Of a stretch of 64,000 nucleotides of DNA, positions 27,201 through 39,212 are shown in pieces. The translations under genes and the position numbers were made by a program. Under the pieces are notes generated by a model, which saw only the letters and a program-made list of their open reading frames with translations, had not been told where the DNA came from and made no database searches. Source of the stretch: Eledone cirrhosa (lineage: Eukaryota); assembly GCA_964016885.1 (NCBI GenBank), contig OZ024742.1, positions 43,090,001 to 43,154,000 of the forward strand. The letters are read 5' to 3'. Each line of letters starts with the position of its first letter. Position 1 is the first letter of the stretch.

Positions 27201-27622
27201 TCGCCCACTAACAGTAAAGAGCGGGACGTTCCAAGAAAGGTCTCCAGACGCCGGAAGAAATCAGGCCGCCCTGCTCCTGTCGGGGCATAGACGGCCACTA
27301 GCCTGAAAGCTTGCCCGTCTCTGCTGGTCACGTCCAGCACCACCAACTTACCCTCTGGGTCCAGGAAGATGGCCCGTATGGCAAGATCCAAACCTCTCCG
27401 AAAAAGCACAGCAACTCCTCCCCCCGATTCAGGACGGCTGGGAGATGCGTACACATCGTAGCCGCCGAAGATCGGTGCCAAGGCCCGTGCTTCGGAGATT
27501 CTGGTCTCGCTGATGGCCACTACATCTATGTTTAGTGACCTGAGGTCATTGAGCAGGTGACCCTGCTTCCATGACGAACCCAAGCCACGCGCATTTATGC
27601 TGCCTATTCTGAGTGAGGTCAT
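24203..27622 (-). pseudogene. Tx1 ORF2 (APE endonuclease, reverse transcriptase, CCHC finger); one frame with three internal stops
   Basis: ORFs 26747-27622, 26423-26647, 25457-26377 and 24203-25456 share one frame (1140 codons). Motifs: SINARGL, SETR, VYAP, GDWN, YLDRV, TDHK, NFRPITLLN, DQSKAFD, RQGCPLS, YADD. Confidence 0.93.
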
Positions 27623-27657
27623 ATTTAAAATAGAGTGGAAAAGATGGGAGAGACCAC

Positions 27658-29648
27658 TTACCGTACCTTATCGTAGAGGAGGGATGGTTTTATCCATCCC
27701 TTTTCACTTGATCGTCTGGTGAAGGGACCGTTGAATCGTCCCTTCGGCTGGTCGTCGGCTCTTCTATGAGTATGTCCGAATATACTCTTCGGTTGATAGT
27801 TCCTCCTAGGTCTCTGAAATCACCAACTGCGTTGAGGAATTTCGTTTTAATGTTTGTGTATTGTTTCTGAGCTATTTTTAGCTGTCTTATGTTAGTTGGC
27901 GTTTTGATTGGTGCTGGTATTTTCTTGTCGTTGTTGCTGGGTGTGTGTGTTTTGTTGTTGTGTTTGCGATGTTGGTGCTTGTGGTGGTGGTGTTGAAGAT
28001 GTTGTTGGCGGTAGGGTTGTCGCCGGTGGTGTTGGTGGTGCTAGTGTGGGTGGTGATGGTGTTTGATGTGTTGCTGCTGTGAGTCTCTTTGCAGTAGACT
28101 TTACCCTTTTTTCATTTCTTTCCTCCCTTTTCAAAGGCGACGATGCGCTGCTTCTGCGTTTGTGCCTTCTTACGACCTTTTGCCATCCCTCTCCCACCTC
28201 ACACTCCATGTCTGATTCTGTGAGGTCGGGGAGGGGTACCAGCTCCACTCTTTCACTTGTTGTTGGTGATGTTTGCACTGGAGTCTCTGTTGCAGCTGCA
28301 TCTGGTATTGCTGTTGTTGTTGTTAATACTTCCACTGCTGTTGCTGTTTTTGATTTCCGTGGCGTGGGTATAGGTGCCACGGACCTATCGTTCCTGGTTG
28401 GCGCTTGTCCTGTTGCTGGTAGCCGTGGAGCCGGTTTCGGAAGGAGGGGTGTTTTCTCCTTTCTCTGGGTCTTCTTGTTGCAGAAGGCCCTGAGGTGAGT
28501 CTTCGATCCACAGCGAAAGCATTTCGGGCGTTTACCTTCAACACTTATGGGCAGTTGAGTGCCGTTATCGAAGTCTATCACATCCGGGATAGCTTCGATG
28601 CACTCCTGGTTGGTTTGGATTAACAACTCAATGGAGGTGCCGACCCAATCTTCTCTTACTTTTTTCTGTACTTGCAGTACAGTTGTTTTGTCCTCGATTC
28701 CGACGAGGACAGACGCGGCCAGCCAAGAAGGGGCCATCCCGGGGGGGGGGGGACGTGGGTCAGTTTGACCCTCACGATTTTTTGCCCGCAGTAGGAGGGC
28801 ACCAACACCATTTCCTCGCTCCTTAGGGTCACTACGGATTGAGCCTTTGCCTCCTGGGGTGTGGCAAAAAGTACGTCTACGGTGGCATATTTCTTGCCTC
28901 GGGTGATGTACGTTTTCCGCTGCCACACAGACCCCAAGGCTGTTTGTATTTGAGCCTCTGTGGCTCTTTCAACCCTCCGGGATTTTGTATTTACTGTACG
29001 GTACGTGACCGTACAGTGCTGTTGGGTTTCGAAAAATTTTTCCGCTGCCTTGCAGATTGCTCGGTGTCCATTTTTTGTCACCATCTTCTTCGCTTCCTCT
29101 AATTCCTCATTTGTTATGAGGATTGTTTCCAGGTTCTTCGCGATACCTGCAAACGAGATCGGTTTTTCTTTGCTGCTGTTGTTGTTGTTGTCGTCAGAGC
29201 TGCTGTTACTTTTGTTGTTGCTGCAGGTACTACGACTACTGCCGCCGCCGCTGTTGCTGTGGTTGTTGTTGTTGTTGCTGCTGCTAATCCTGTTGTTGTT
29301 TATGCTGCTGCTGATGCTGTTGCGGCTGCTACTGTTGTTTTCATTGTCACTGTTGCTGTTGTTATTACGGCTGCTACTGCTATTATTTCTGACGTCAGAC
29401 GAATGAACTGGGTTTTCGTATTTCCCGCACACCTGTTTCGTCGTTGTCGTCGTCGTCGTGGAGAAATCTTGCACGCTTTGCACGAGACTTTTCTTTTCTG
29501 TCGTCGCTTGCGAAAGACAAGGGAGGGAGAGAGACACATTTAAATAAGGGAGGGAGAGAGACAATCTTCTCTTTGCTGTAGTGACGATTGAGGGAGAAGA
29601 AGACGGAATGAGTGGGAGTGACCTATGAAAATTATTTTTCGTAGCCAT
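27658..29648 (-). pseudogene. Tx1 ORF1 (Ser/Asn-rich N-terminus, CCHC zinc knuckle, Pro/Thr-rich tail), frameshifted
   Basis: ORFs 28656-29648 and 27892-28926 overlap at a 12-C run. There is an extra deletion near 27920 relative to the copy at 21626-23703. Confidence 0.85.
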
Positions 29649-29883
29649 GTTGTTTTTTGTTTAAAATAAATATTGGGTACAAAACCCCAATAAGCAGTTA
29701 TTTAACCCCGAAGGGCCAAATAACGGGCAGAAAGACCCCTCTCACGAGGAGGAGGGTGTTTTTGTCTACAAGTTGGTCTAAGTTTTAAACAATTTACAAT
29801 TGTTATAGCGTTCAAAATTTACAATACCTTACAGAGCCGAGCCACCGTCAACCATAGCATTCAATAATAATAATAATAATAAT

Positions 29884-32800
29884 GATTTCTTTATTGGCCA
29901 CAAGGGCTGACATCAAGAAAAACATTACAGACGGCACAGGACGGTACGATGTGAGTTTTGTTCGTGTAAATATTTTTATTATTTATATAAGAAAAGAAAA
30001 AAAGAGGACATAGAAACATATATATAAACAATAAAAATGAAAATTGAAACAATGAAAAATTCCCCAATAGGAGGGAAACCACCGAGGGTTACTCGTGGCG
30101 AAAGCCACACAAAAGACCACGGCTACCCTGACCACAAGCGCAAGCGCCCTCTCTCAATTTTTTCATTTCTCAAACTACAGACGTATATTCAGAGTGGTCC
30201 CGTTCACTCGGACCATTCTCGCTACATTCACCCACCTTTCAACAAACTTGCTAGAAGGCAGCACTTGCCTCTCCACCCTGATTTTCCTCTTCAAGTGAAA
30301 CTTGAAAAAGTTAATTAGGGATTCGCCGAAAAGGAAAGAGTCTGTCTTTAACCCTTTTAACTTTGTCCACCACACAATCTCTTTCGCCATGGCCACCAGA
30401 CAGATGAAAACCGCCTGCCCTTCCTCCTCGAAGGAAGACGGCGAGACCATCTGCACAATGAACTCAGTCGACAACCGGATCAGTCCTACACGCGACAGCA
30501 ACTGTTCGACATAGCTCCACAAGTCAGCAATGCTCGGGCACTGAACGAGTGCGTGCACAACGGTTTCGTCGCCCTGCGCGCATCTCGGGCAGGCTCGGCT
30601 GACGGCACTTCCGTGCCTGTAGAGCTTATCTCGAACCGGCAGTGCTCCCCGGTAGCATTGCCAGGCCAGGGATTTTTGGAAGTTATCCATAGGCCCTGGG
30701 CTGAAAGTTCTCCTGAAGAGAGCAAACAGCTGATCTTCTTCGACGCCCAGGATCTCTCCGAGAATGTCGTCGCTCTTCCCCTCCACTAGTCCTCTATAGA
30801 ACGCCGAGGTGGATGTTCCACCGATACTGGTGCCCAGCTGGCAGAGGGCAGTGAGGGCCTGGAGACATTCCAGTTTCCAAGCGCTATCCCTCTGACCCAG
30901 GACTGCAGCTCCGTCAAGGAGACGAGCTGTGGGAAAACGTTCCTGGCGAACGGCGACCACACCTGTTCACCATCAAGGAAGCACCAGAGATGTCGCAGCC
31001 TCAGCGCATGTTTGCGCATCATCAGCCATGGCATGCCCAGTCCTCCACGCAACGAGTGTTGACAGCAGATGGATCGTCTGACCAAGAGAGCGCATCCCTT
31101 CCACAAAAAGCGGAAGAGAAGGCGCTCCATTTTGGTGAGAGTTGGGCTGGAGCAAGGGACGACGGTGAGGCGGTAGCAGATGACGGATGCGATGTACGCA
31201 TTCGCCACCTCCGCCCGGCCTTTCAGGGACAGCTTCCTCTCGGCCTATTTCTGGTTGAGGGAGGCCACCCTGCTCGTCACCTCGTTCCAGTGTTTCTCCA
31301 TCTGGAGGTCCGGTCCGAACCAGAGCCCGAGAAATTTAACCGGTCCGTCCGTCCAACGCCCCACGACGCTGTCGGACGGCATGGACTTGCCTCTCCAGGT
31401 GCCGAGCTGCAAGCCCACCGACTTTTCCTGGTTTATCTTTGCTCCTGTCACCGCTTCGTATTCCTTGAGAGCGGTGCCGAGCATCTGGACGTGTCTGGTG
31501 CTCGACACCACCACGGTGACGTCGTCAGCGTAAGCCGACTCGGATTTCCCGCATCCTAGTTCGCGTGGGACGCCCCTCATCGCCCCCAGTTTGTGCAGTA
31601 ACGGCTCGAGAGCCAATACGTACAAGAGGGACGAGAGGGGACAACCCTGGCGGACTGAGAGCATGATGCTGAACGGCTGCGACAGGTGACCGTTCACCCT
31701 CACAACTGAGCAGATGTCGCTGTACATTGCTGCGATCCAACCCCTGAAAACGGGCCCGAAACCGGCTGCCTCGAGGACCGCCGCCAGGTACCGATGGTTG
31801 ACCCTATCGAATGCTTTGGATTGATCCAAGTTGATCAGGGACCCACCCTTGCCAGGTTCCTTAACCACCCTCTCTATGATGTATCGCATGAGGTGGAGGT
31901 TGTCGTGTATGGATCTGTCCGGAATGGCGCATGTCTGCGCCTCTCCCACCAGACCCTTGACGATAAGCGGCAACCTCGTTGCTAACACCTTGGCCAAAAT
32001 CTTGAACTCTGCGTTTAGCAGGGTTATGGGCCTGAAATTATCGATAACATCCCCCTTGTTCGGGTCTTTTCTCAGCAGCGCCACTGCTCCCCGGCTCACA
32101 AAACTGGGAATGCTCCCGTTCTGCTGCCAGTTGCAGTAGACGTCTGCCAAGAGGTCACCAAACAAGTCTGGCATAAATGCATAAAGCTCGTAGGGCAGAC
32201 CATCCAAACCTGGCGATTTACCCCTTGTGCAGTTAGCCATCGCTTCCCGTATTTCACCGGCTGTTATTGGCTTTTCACAACACTGTGCTGCGGTCGTCGA
32301 GAGCCGAGGCAGTCCGTTGAGGTATGCACTAACGTCCATGCCCCGATCCGGGCCGCCGCCGCTCCCGAACAGTTCAGCAAAGTGCTGCTGAAAAGCTTCA
32401 CACATGCGCTCGGGTTCGAGCATCACGCACCCGTTTTGGTCAGACAAAGACCGAATTGTGATTTGTTGCCACGTCGCGCCTCTGCCACCCGGGCCCATTG
32501 GACGGCTTTTGTCCCCTCGTGTTTTAGAGCACGCGCTCTAGCTCTGACAACGCAGCCTTCATGTTTTGCGTTGAAGAATTGGTCGAGTGCCAATCTCGCC
32601 GCAAGCACGTCGGTTGCGATGCCTGTCCTAAACGCCTCTTCTAGCTTTCTGACTAGCTCTCCATCTACTCTATTTTCCTCTATCACTAGTCCTTTGCTAA
32701 ACCTAATCGACTCTACTTTAATTGCCCTTTTCAGGGCGAACCACCACCTGTTGTTGACGACCGCTCCCGTCAACGCCCGATTAACTAATACGCTAATCCG

Positions 32801-35188
32801 GTCTCTGTAGGCTTTGCGCGCCGGGAAAGACGCGTTCAGCTTCCAGTAACCGGGCCCTTGTCTATGAAGTCTGTCTATGTCGATCTCACAGATCACAAAT
32901 TTGTGATCTGTGTAGTCGACTATTTTAAATTGTGGACAACTTATACTAGCCTTATCTAATTCTCTGCAGAGTACCCTATCGAAATACGACCTGGATGACC
33001 CGATGCGGTTTGTCCATGTCCACATTGGCACATTCGGGTGATCCAATCGATACCTGTCAGACAGTTCAAAACGTCTGAGCAGGTTGGTGAGGCTCTTGCA
33101 CCCTCCTCCCCTATCCACTAGCCCCACACAATCCCAGCGTGCATCCAAGATACCGTTCCAGTCGCCCACTAACACTAAAGAGCGGGACGTTCCAAGAAAG
33201 GTCTCTAGACGTCTGAAGAAATCTGGCCGTCCTGCCCCTGTTAGGGTGTAGACGGCTACTTGCCTGAAAGCTTGCCTTCGCTGCTGGTCACGTCCAGCAC
33301 CACTGACTTACCTTCTGGGTCTAGGAAGATGGCCCGTATGGCGAGATCCAAGCCTCTCCGAAAAGGGACGGCAACCCCTCCCCCCGATCCTGGACGGCTG
33401 GGAGATGCGTATACATCGTAGCCGCCGGAGATCGGTGCGAAGGCTCGTGCTTCGGAGATTCTGGTCTCGCTGATGGCCACCACATCTATGTTTAGTGACC
33501 TGAGGTCGTTGAGCAGGTGACCCTGCTTCCAAGATGACCCCAGGCCACGTGCATTTATACTGCCTATTCTGAGTACGGTCATGTTGGATGAGAAACGGGG
33601 CAAGTGAGAAAGGGTCACTTACCTTGATCATGTGGTGAAGGGACAGTAAAACCGTCCCTTTCGCTGGTCATGGGTGTTTCCAAGAGGATGTCAGTGTATA
33701 TCCTCTTGGTAACCGAACTTCTGAAGTCTCCAACTGCGTTGGGGAATTTTTGTTTTAAAAGTTTGTATTGTTCTATTGAGATTTCAATGATGCTTATGTT
33801 TGTCGGGAGAGTTCTTGGTGTTGGTGGGGTGTAGTAGTTTTCTTCTGTGATGTCTGCGTGCTGCTTTATATATTGTATGAGTTCTTTTTTTGCCATGTTT
33901 ATGGCTGTGTACTTTTTTGGGGGGGAGGGGTGATTTTGTTGCTGTTTTCTTCTTGTTACTGTTTGGTGTGTGTGTTTTGTTTTGTTTGAGTTGTTGGTGT
34001 TTTTGGTGATGCTGGTTGTGGTGTTGTTGTTATTGGTGGTGGTGCTTGTGGTGTTGATGGTGATGGTGGTGGTGTTGCTGTAAGTTTCCTTGCTGCCTTT
34101 ACCCCTCATTGTGTGCCTTCGCTTTTGGAGAGCGAAGCTAAGGGTTTTTTCTTTTGTGTTTTTTTTTGTGGCAGACCGTTTGCCTCTTCCCTCCCGCCTC
34201 AAACTCCATGTCGGATTCCGTGGCGTCTGGGAGGGGTATGTGCTCCACGGCTGTTGGTGGTGATAGTGACGCCCTCTCCGGAAATTTTGTTGCTGGTGTA
34301 GCTACTGCAAATGTAGCTATTGGTGTTGCCGCCACTGATGCTGCTGCTTTAGTTGTCCGTGGTCTTGGTACAGGTGCCACGGACGTTTCCCCCCTACTCA
34401 CCGTGGAAGGGGCTTCTGAGTTTGTTGCCTGCCCTGCTCTTGGTAGCAGCGGACCAGGTATTGGAAAGAGAGGGGCCTTCTTTTTCGCTGTTTTCTGCGG
34501 GCAAAAGGCCCTGAGGTGACCCTTTGACCCACAGAGATAACATTTTGGCCGTCTTCCTTCTACGCTTATAGGGAGTTGAAGTCCTTCCTCGACGTCTATG
34601 ATATCGGGGATAGCGTCGATACATTCCTGGTCAGTTTGTATAAGCATTTGCATGCCTATACCTGACCAGTTCTATCTCCCTATTTTCTCTACTTGCAGCA
34701 CGGTCGTCCTGTCCTCGATTCCAGCAAGGACAGACGCGGCTAGCCAAGGTATGGGCTCGTCGGGTGGGACCTGGGTCACATTTACCGTCACAATTTTCTG
34801 CCCGCAGTAGGAGGCCACCAAGACTATCTCCTCACTCTTTAGGGTTTCCAAAGAGTTAGACTTCGCTTCTTGGGGGGTGGCGAAAAGAACGTCTACTGTG
34901 GCGTGCTTTCTGTCTCGGGTGGTGTGGGTTTTGCGTGCCCAGACGCACCCCAAGGCCTTTGGGATTTGAGCCTCCGTGGCTCTCTCCACCCGATGTGAGA
35001 TTTTGCTTACAGTGCGGTAAGTCATCGTCCGTAGCTGCTGGTCCTTGAAAAAATTGGGTGGAGGTTTCAGGGAGACTCTATTGACACTTCTTGTCACCAT
35101 GGCCCTTGCGACTTCCATCTCCTCCTCTGTGACTAACACTGTTTCGATATTTCGGGCGACACCTGCAAAAGAAGTGGTCCCTTTGTTT
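29884..35188 (-). mobile_element. Tx1-clade LINE, subfamily B, missing its 5' end
   Basis: Divergent ORF1 (35139-33615, CYLCGSKGHLRAFC), ORF2 from 33582 with frameshifts, and a 3'UTR matching 12919-13230. Confidence 0.93.
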
Positions 35189-35204
35189 TATTTTTTCTAA
35201 CATC

Positions 35205-35287
35205 GGGAGTGAAATTGACTGGCAGTCAAATTACCGGAGTCATAATACTGGGAGTGAAATTACCAGGGGTCAAATTACCTAGAACCA
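35205..35287. repeat. About 15-bp periodic repeat, probable end of a non-autonomous DNA transposon
   Basis: GGGAGTGAAATTGACT / GGCAGTCAAATTACC / GGAGTCATAATACT / GGGAGTGAAATTACC / AGGGGTCAAATTACC. Confidence 0.5.
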
Positions 35288-35289
35288 TG

Positions 35290-35462
35290 TAGTTGTATTT
35301 ATTCTGGTTCTTTACATTCTGAGTTCAAATCCCGACATGAACAACTTTGCTTTTCATCCTTTCAGTGTTGATGAAATAAGTAGCAGTCAAGTACTGGTGG
35401 GAATTTAATTGACTTTCCCTCCCCCAAAATTTACTGACCATGTGCCTAAAGCAGAAACCCTT
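35290..35462 (+). mobile_element. Nin/Deu-core SINE
   Basis: TTCTGAGTTCAAATCCC...TTTGCTTTTCATCCTTTCAGTGTTGATGAAATAAGTAGC. Confidence 0.65.
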
Positions 35463-35739
35463 ATTTAAGTGATGACATCCTAAGCTTCCCATTCAACAGT
35501 GGTAAACCCCTTCATCTGGATGGGATGTGTAGCAACAAATCCAGGCTTCATTGTCTGACAAACTGAAGACCATAAGCTACTGAAGTATCAGCCACTTGCA
35601 ATAGTTGTGTCGTTGAATCTACATCGATGAAGACTTCTGGTATTCTGGTCCTCAAACTATCTTCCTACTCACTGTTATTGGTATGGTGTTTACCACCTGC
35701 AAGAGTGAGCCTTGCAAGTTGGAATAGCTATTGCAACAC

Positions 35740-38700
35740 ATCATCATCATCATCGTTTAACGTCTATCTTCAACGCTAGCATGGGTTTAGACGGGAATTG
35801 TCTCACGTGAGGCAAGATTGGTTGTCTTGCTCGTATAGGACTGTCTGGCAGGTTTTCTACGGCTGGATGCCTTTTCTAACACCAACCCCGTTTACAGTGT
35901 GGACTGGGAGGTCTTTACCGTGTTACCTACACGGCCACATTACAGCGTGGAGTGTGTGTTTTTTTGTCTTGACACCTACACGACCTCATTTATTTAGGAC
36001 TGGATGTTGTGGCACCAACATAACTTTACAGAGAAAGGCGTGGTGTAGATGGGGCTGAGATATGGGTAGTGGGATGAGGATGTATTTTTGGTTAGGTGGT
36101 GCCTACTGACTGTAGGTTTCGCTTTGTACTTAGGCAAGGCGGGTCTTCTGTATGACTGCGTAGCGCCAAAGATCTCGGTCCTGTGACATTGTCTTGGAGA
36201 GGTGTAAGTGTGTAAGGTCGGAATTTATCAAGTCGTCCCAGGTTTTTCTGGGTTTGCCTACTCCGTAGCTACCGTCTATTTTGATCGCCCTGCACTTTTT
36301 TATACAGCTGTCGTCTTTCACGCGCATCACGTGACCATACCAACATAGTCTTCTCTCGAGTAAACAGCATCTGATCCCTCTTATTCCTAATTTCTCACTT
36401 AGTTCATTTATGCTTTGCCGTTCACGTATATTACTATTACACATCCAACGGAGCATGCAAGCTTCGTTCCTCTCCAGTCTGCGTAGATCCTCTGCACACA
36501 GTGCCCATGTCTCACTGCCACGTAACATTGCTGTTCGTATGCAGGCATCATACAGTCTGCCTTTCATTTTTAGGGAGAAAACAGTATAGTTGACATGTCA
36601 ATGAATAGATGAGAGAATGAAGCAAAGTTCTTAGTTACCGTTTGATTGCCAGGCGCACGCGCCTAGCCGAAGACGGCTGGCGAAGGCAAATGAGAGAGAG
36701 GGAACTTAAAGTTGTTAGTTTTATAGGGTTCTGACCGGAAGTTACAGAGAGGGTTTTATTTCCTGTCTAGAGAGCGTTAATCTATTGGGGATGTGAGTGT
36801 CACAACAAGGGAGGCAACTCCTGTTACATTATCCCCCGCCAGATTTTTTAAATATAAAAATCGAATGAAATATGTTGGCGAGAATGTTGTAACAGGCATG
36901 GAAATTACGAAAAAAATAATGTTTGCAAAAATCAATGATAGATATCAAGGTAGCCAACCGCTCTTGGCCAGAGAACGACCGGACATCTGTCTATCCATCA
37001 CTCAAAGATACAATGTAATGAAAGTAAGAGAAGAGCTCAAAGTTCAAAATACAGTTCACAGGTGTGAAATCACATGACAGCAGGAAAGAAAGTGTATTCC
37101 ATAGAATGAATGCAAGTGGTTTCTGTTCTGTGGTATAACGTGAAATTTCCAACCTCCGAATGGATTTTCTCACAGGAAGAGTGCTGCAAAAATAAATTCT
37201 CTGGCTTGTTCTGCTGGTTTTGGTTGTTGATGAATCTGTGTTGCTGTTGATGTTGTTGTCTCGCGGAGTGAGCGTATTCGATGTTTAAATTCACAGTAAA
37301 AAAATTTTTTTTTAGAAAAAATGAGTTGCGCAAAGTGCTAGAAATAACAGCCGAAGTTTATGGTCGATGTTGAGAATGCGTTGACCTGGAAGGGTCAAGA
37401 GGCCAGCGACCAAAGAAATAAGCATTCTGAATAAATGCGCAGTTTTCAACGGCAAATTTACGTGGTAAATTTTTAAACCGGCAAATAGGAGAATATAGCT
37501 TAAGGCTGGAGAATCCTTGGCGAGAAACGTTATCTCATGGCGTGCGGCTATCTCTGTGAGTCGAGAATCCTGCTGCCTACACGTGCCAAAACAAGGTTAA
37601 GTTGAAAAAAAGAAATATTTCTATTGCGCGAGGAAATTATAGTGCAACAAGTCGTTAGCAGCCATTTTGAAAAAATGTGTGTGTGAAAGTGACAATGATG
37701 AAAAAGAAAGAAAGGCTTCACTTAGTATAACAAATATGGCGAGTTCAATTTTTTTTTTTTTTTTTTTTTGTGAACTTTGAAAAATATTTGAACGATGAAG
37801 AAAACGATGAAAAAAAGGCAATAGTTGAGATTCATCGAAAATAAATGTTCCTGTTGGAATGTTTTAAAAAAACAAAATCAAATTCCTTTTTTTGTTTTTG
37901 TTTGTTTTTGAAGTGTTCGTTGTAAGAAACGAAAAACATATATATATATACAGTGAAGTGCGACAGTTAGTGGATGCGTGAGGAAAAAGAGTCTGTCTGA
38001 ACGAGAAATTCACATGTGCGTGTGTTCGTTTCTTTGACTGCGTATTTTCAGTTTGTCAATAAAATTTGCTGTGTATTCGTAATGTTACTCACACAACACC
38101 AGATTCTGCTATTTTTTATTTTTTTCGGGGTCACCACTTATAACAAAATACTAGTGTGTATGAATATAACATGAGACGTGGTTTATGTGTACAATATTTA
38201 ATCAACAATTTGTGGATATATAGAACAGTATAGTTGACATGTCAATGAATAGATGAGAGAATGAAGCAAAGTTCTTAGTTACCGTTTGATTGCCAGGCGC
38301 ACGCGCCTAGCCGAAGACGGCTGGCGAAGGCCAGGAGCCGGAAAGGCAAATGAGAGAGAGGGAACTTAAAGTTGTTAGTTTTATAGGGTTCTGACCGGAA
38401 GTTACAGAAAGGGTTCTACTTCCTGTCTAGAGAGCGTTAATCTATTGGGGATGTGAGTGTCACAACAAGGGAGGCAACTCCTGCTACAAAACCTTTAGCG
38501 GCCAATAGTGGTATAAGCTCTCTGAACTTTTTCCATCCCGTTCTGACTCTAGCTACTGAACTTTCAGAGCACCCTCCACCACTGCTGATTTTGTCACCCA
38601 GGTAACAGAAGGTGTCCACTATTTCTATAGAACCATCTGGGCAATGGAAGGAGCTAGTATCCTGTGGGCACTTGCTACTACTTATTGCACCTGAGCACCG

Positions 38701-39212
38701 GCTACATATAAAAATCTATGTTCTTAGTTAGTTTACCTGATCCCACTACATCTTTTATGCACCCATACTTTGCATTTGGGACATAAAATGGAGTTTCTGC
38801 CTCCTCCTTTCCTACACACTGAGCATGGCCATTTCTCAGGGGGGACCAGTGCCCTATTTTCCTTCCTACATACTAGAACTTTAGTCTTAGACAAGTTAAT
38901 TTTAAGGCCTTTTGATTCTAGGCCATGCTTCCAAGTTTGGAATTTCTTCTCTAGTTCAGCCATTGATTTAGCTATGAGCGTATAGAAGTTCCCATGGGCA
39001 GCCGGTCTTGAACTCCTCTGTTATAGCCTGTAGGGCAAAAATAAATAGGAAGGGGATAAGGACAGAGCCCTGATGAACACCGACTTTTACGCTAAATTCT
39101 TCACTATATTCGTTGTTAATTCTAACCTTGCTGACTGTTTCTTTATACATGGCTTGTATAGCTCTCACGAGCCATTCATCAACACCTAGTTTTCTAAGAG
39201 CCCACCAGATAA
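35740..39212 (-). mobile_element. RTE-clade LINE 3' half, split by an LTR element at 36580-38488
   Basis: VGVHQGSVL, WELLYA, GLKINLSKTK, DTFCYLGD, GSETWAL, LCWYGHV and GKPRKTW, with a (GAT)n tail. Colinear with 44610-46052. Confidence 0.9.
36580..38488 (-). mobile_element. Non-autonomous LTR retroelement (TRIM-like, probably Gypsy-mobilised)
   Basis: 5' LTR 38488-38139 (TGTAGCA...TGTTATA). PBS TGGTGACCCCGA (38136-38125) is complementary to the tRNA-Trp 3' end. PPT GGCGGGGGATAA (36840-36829). 3' LTR 36828-36580 is truncated. No recognisable gag or pol. Confidence 0.88.

Larger units (their letters stand above)
23950..29862 (-). mobile_element. Near full-length Tx1-clade LINE, subfamily A (about 5.9 kb)
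   Basis: 5'UTR, ORF1, ORF2 (APE-RT-CCHC) and a 3'UTR ending AATAAAGAAATC. Bounded by (AAT)10 at 23920-23949 and (AAT)7 at 29863-29883. Confidence 0.95.

Noticed and set aside
24203-27622. In-frame ORF2 stops rescued by A-to-I editing or readthrough
   Set aside because: The stops are TAG, TGA and TAA where subfamily B has Ser, Gln and Ser. Editing would give Trp, so ordinary point decay is the simpler explanation.
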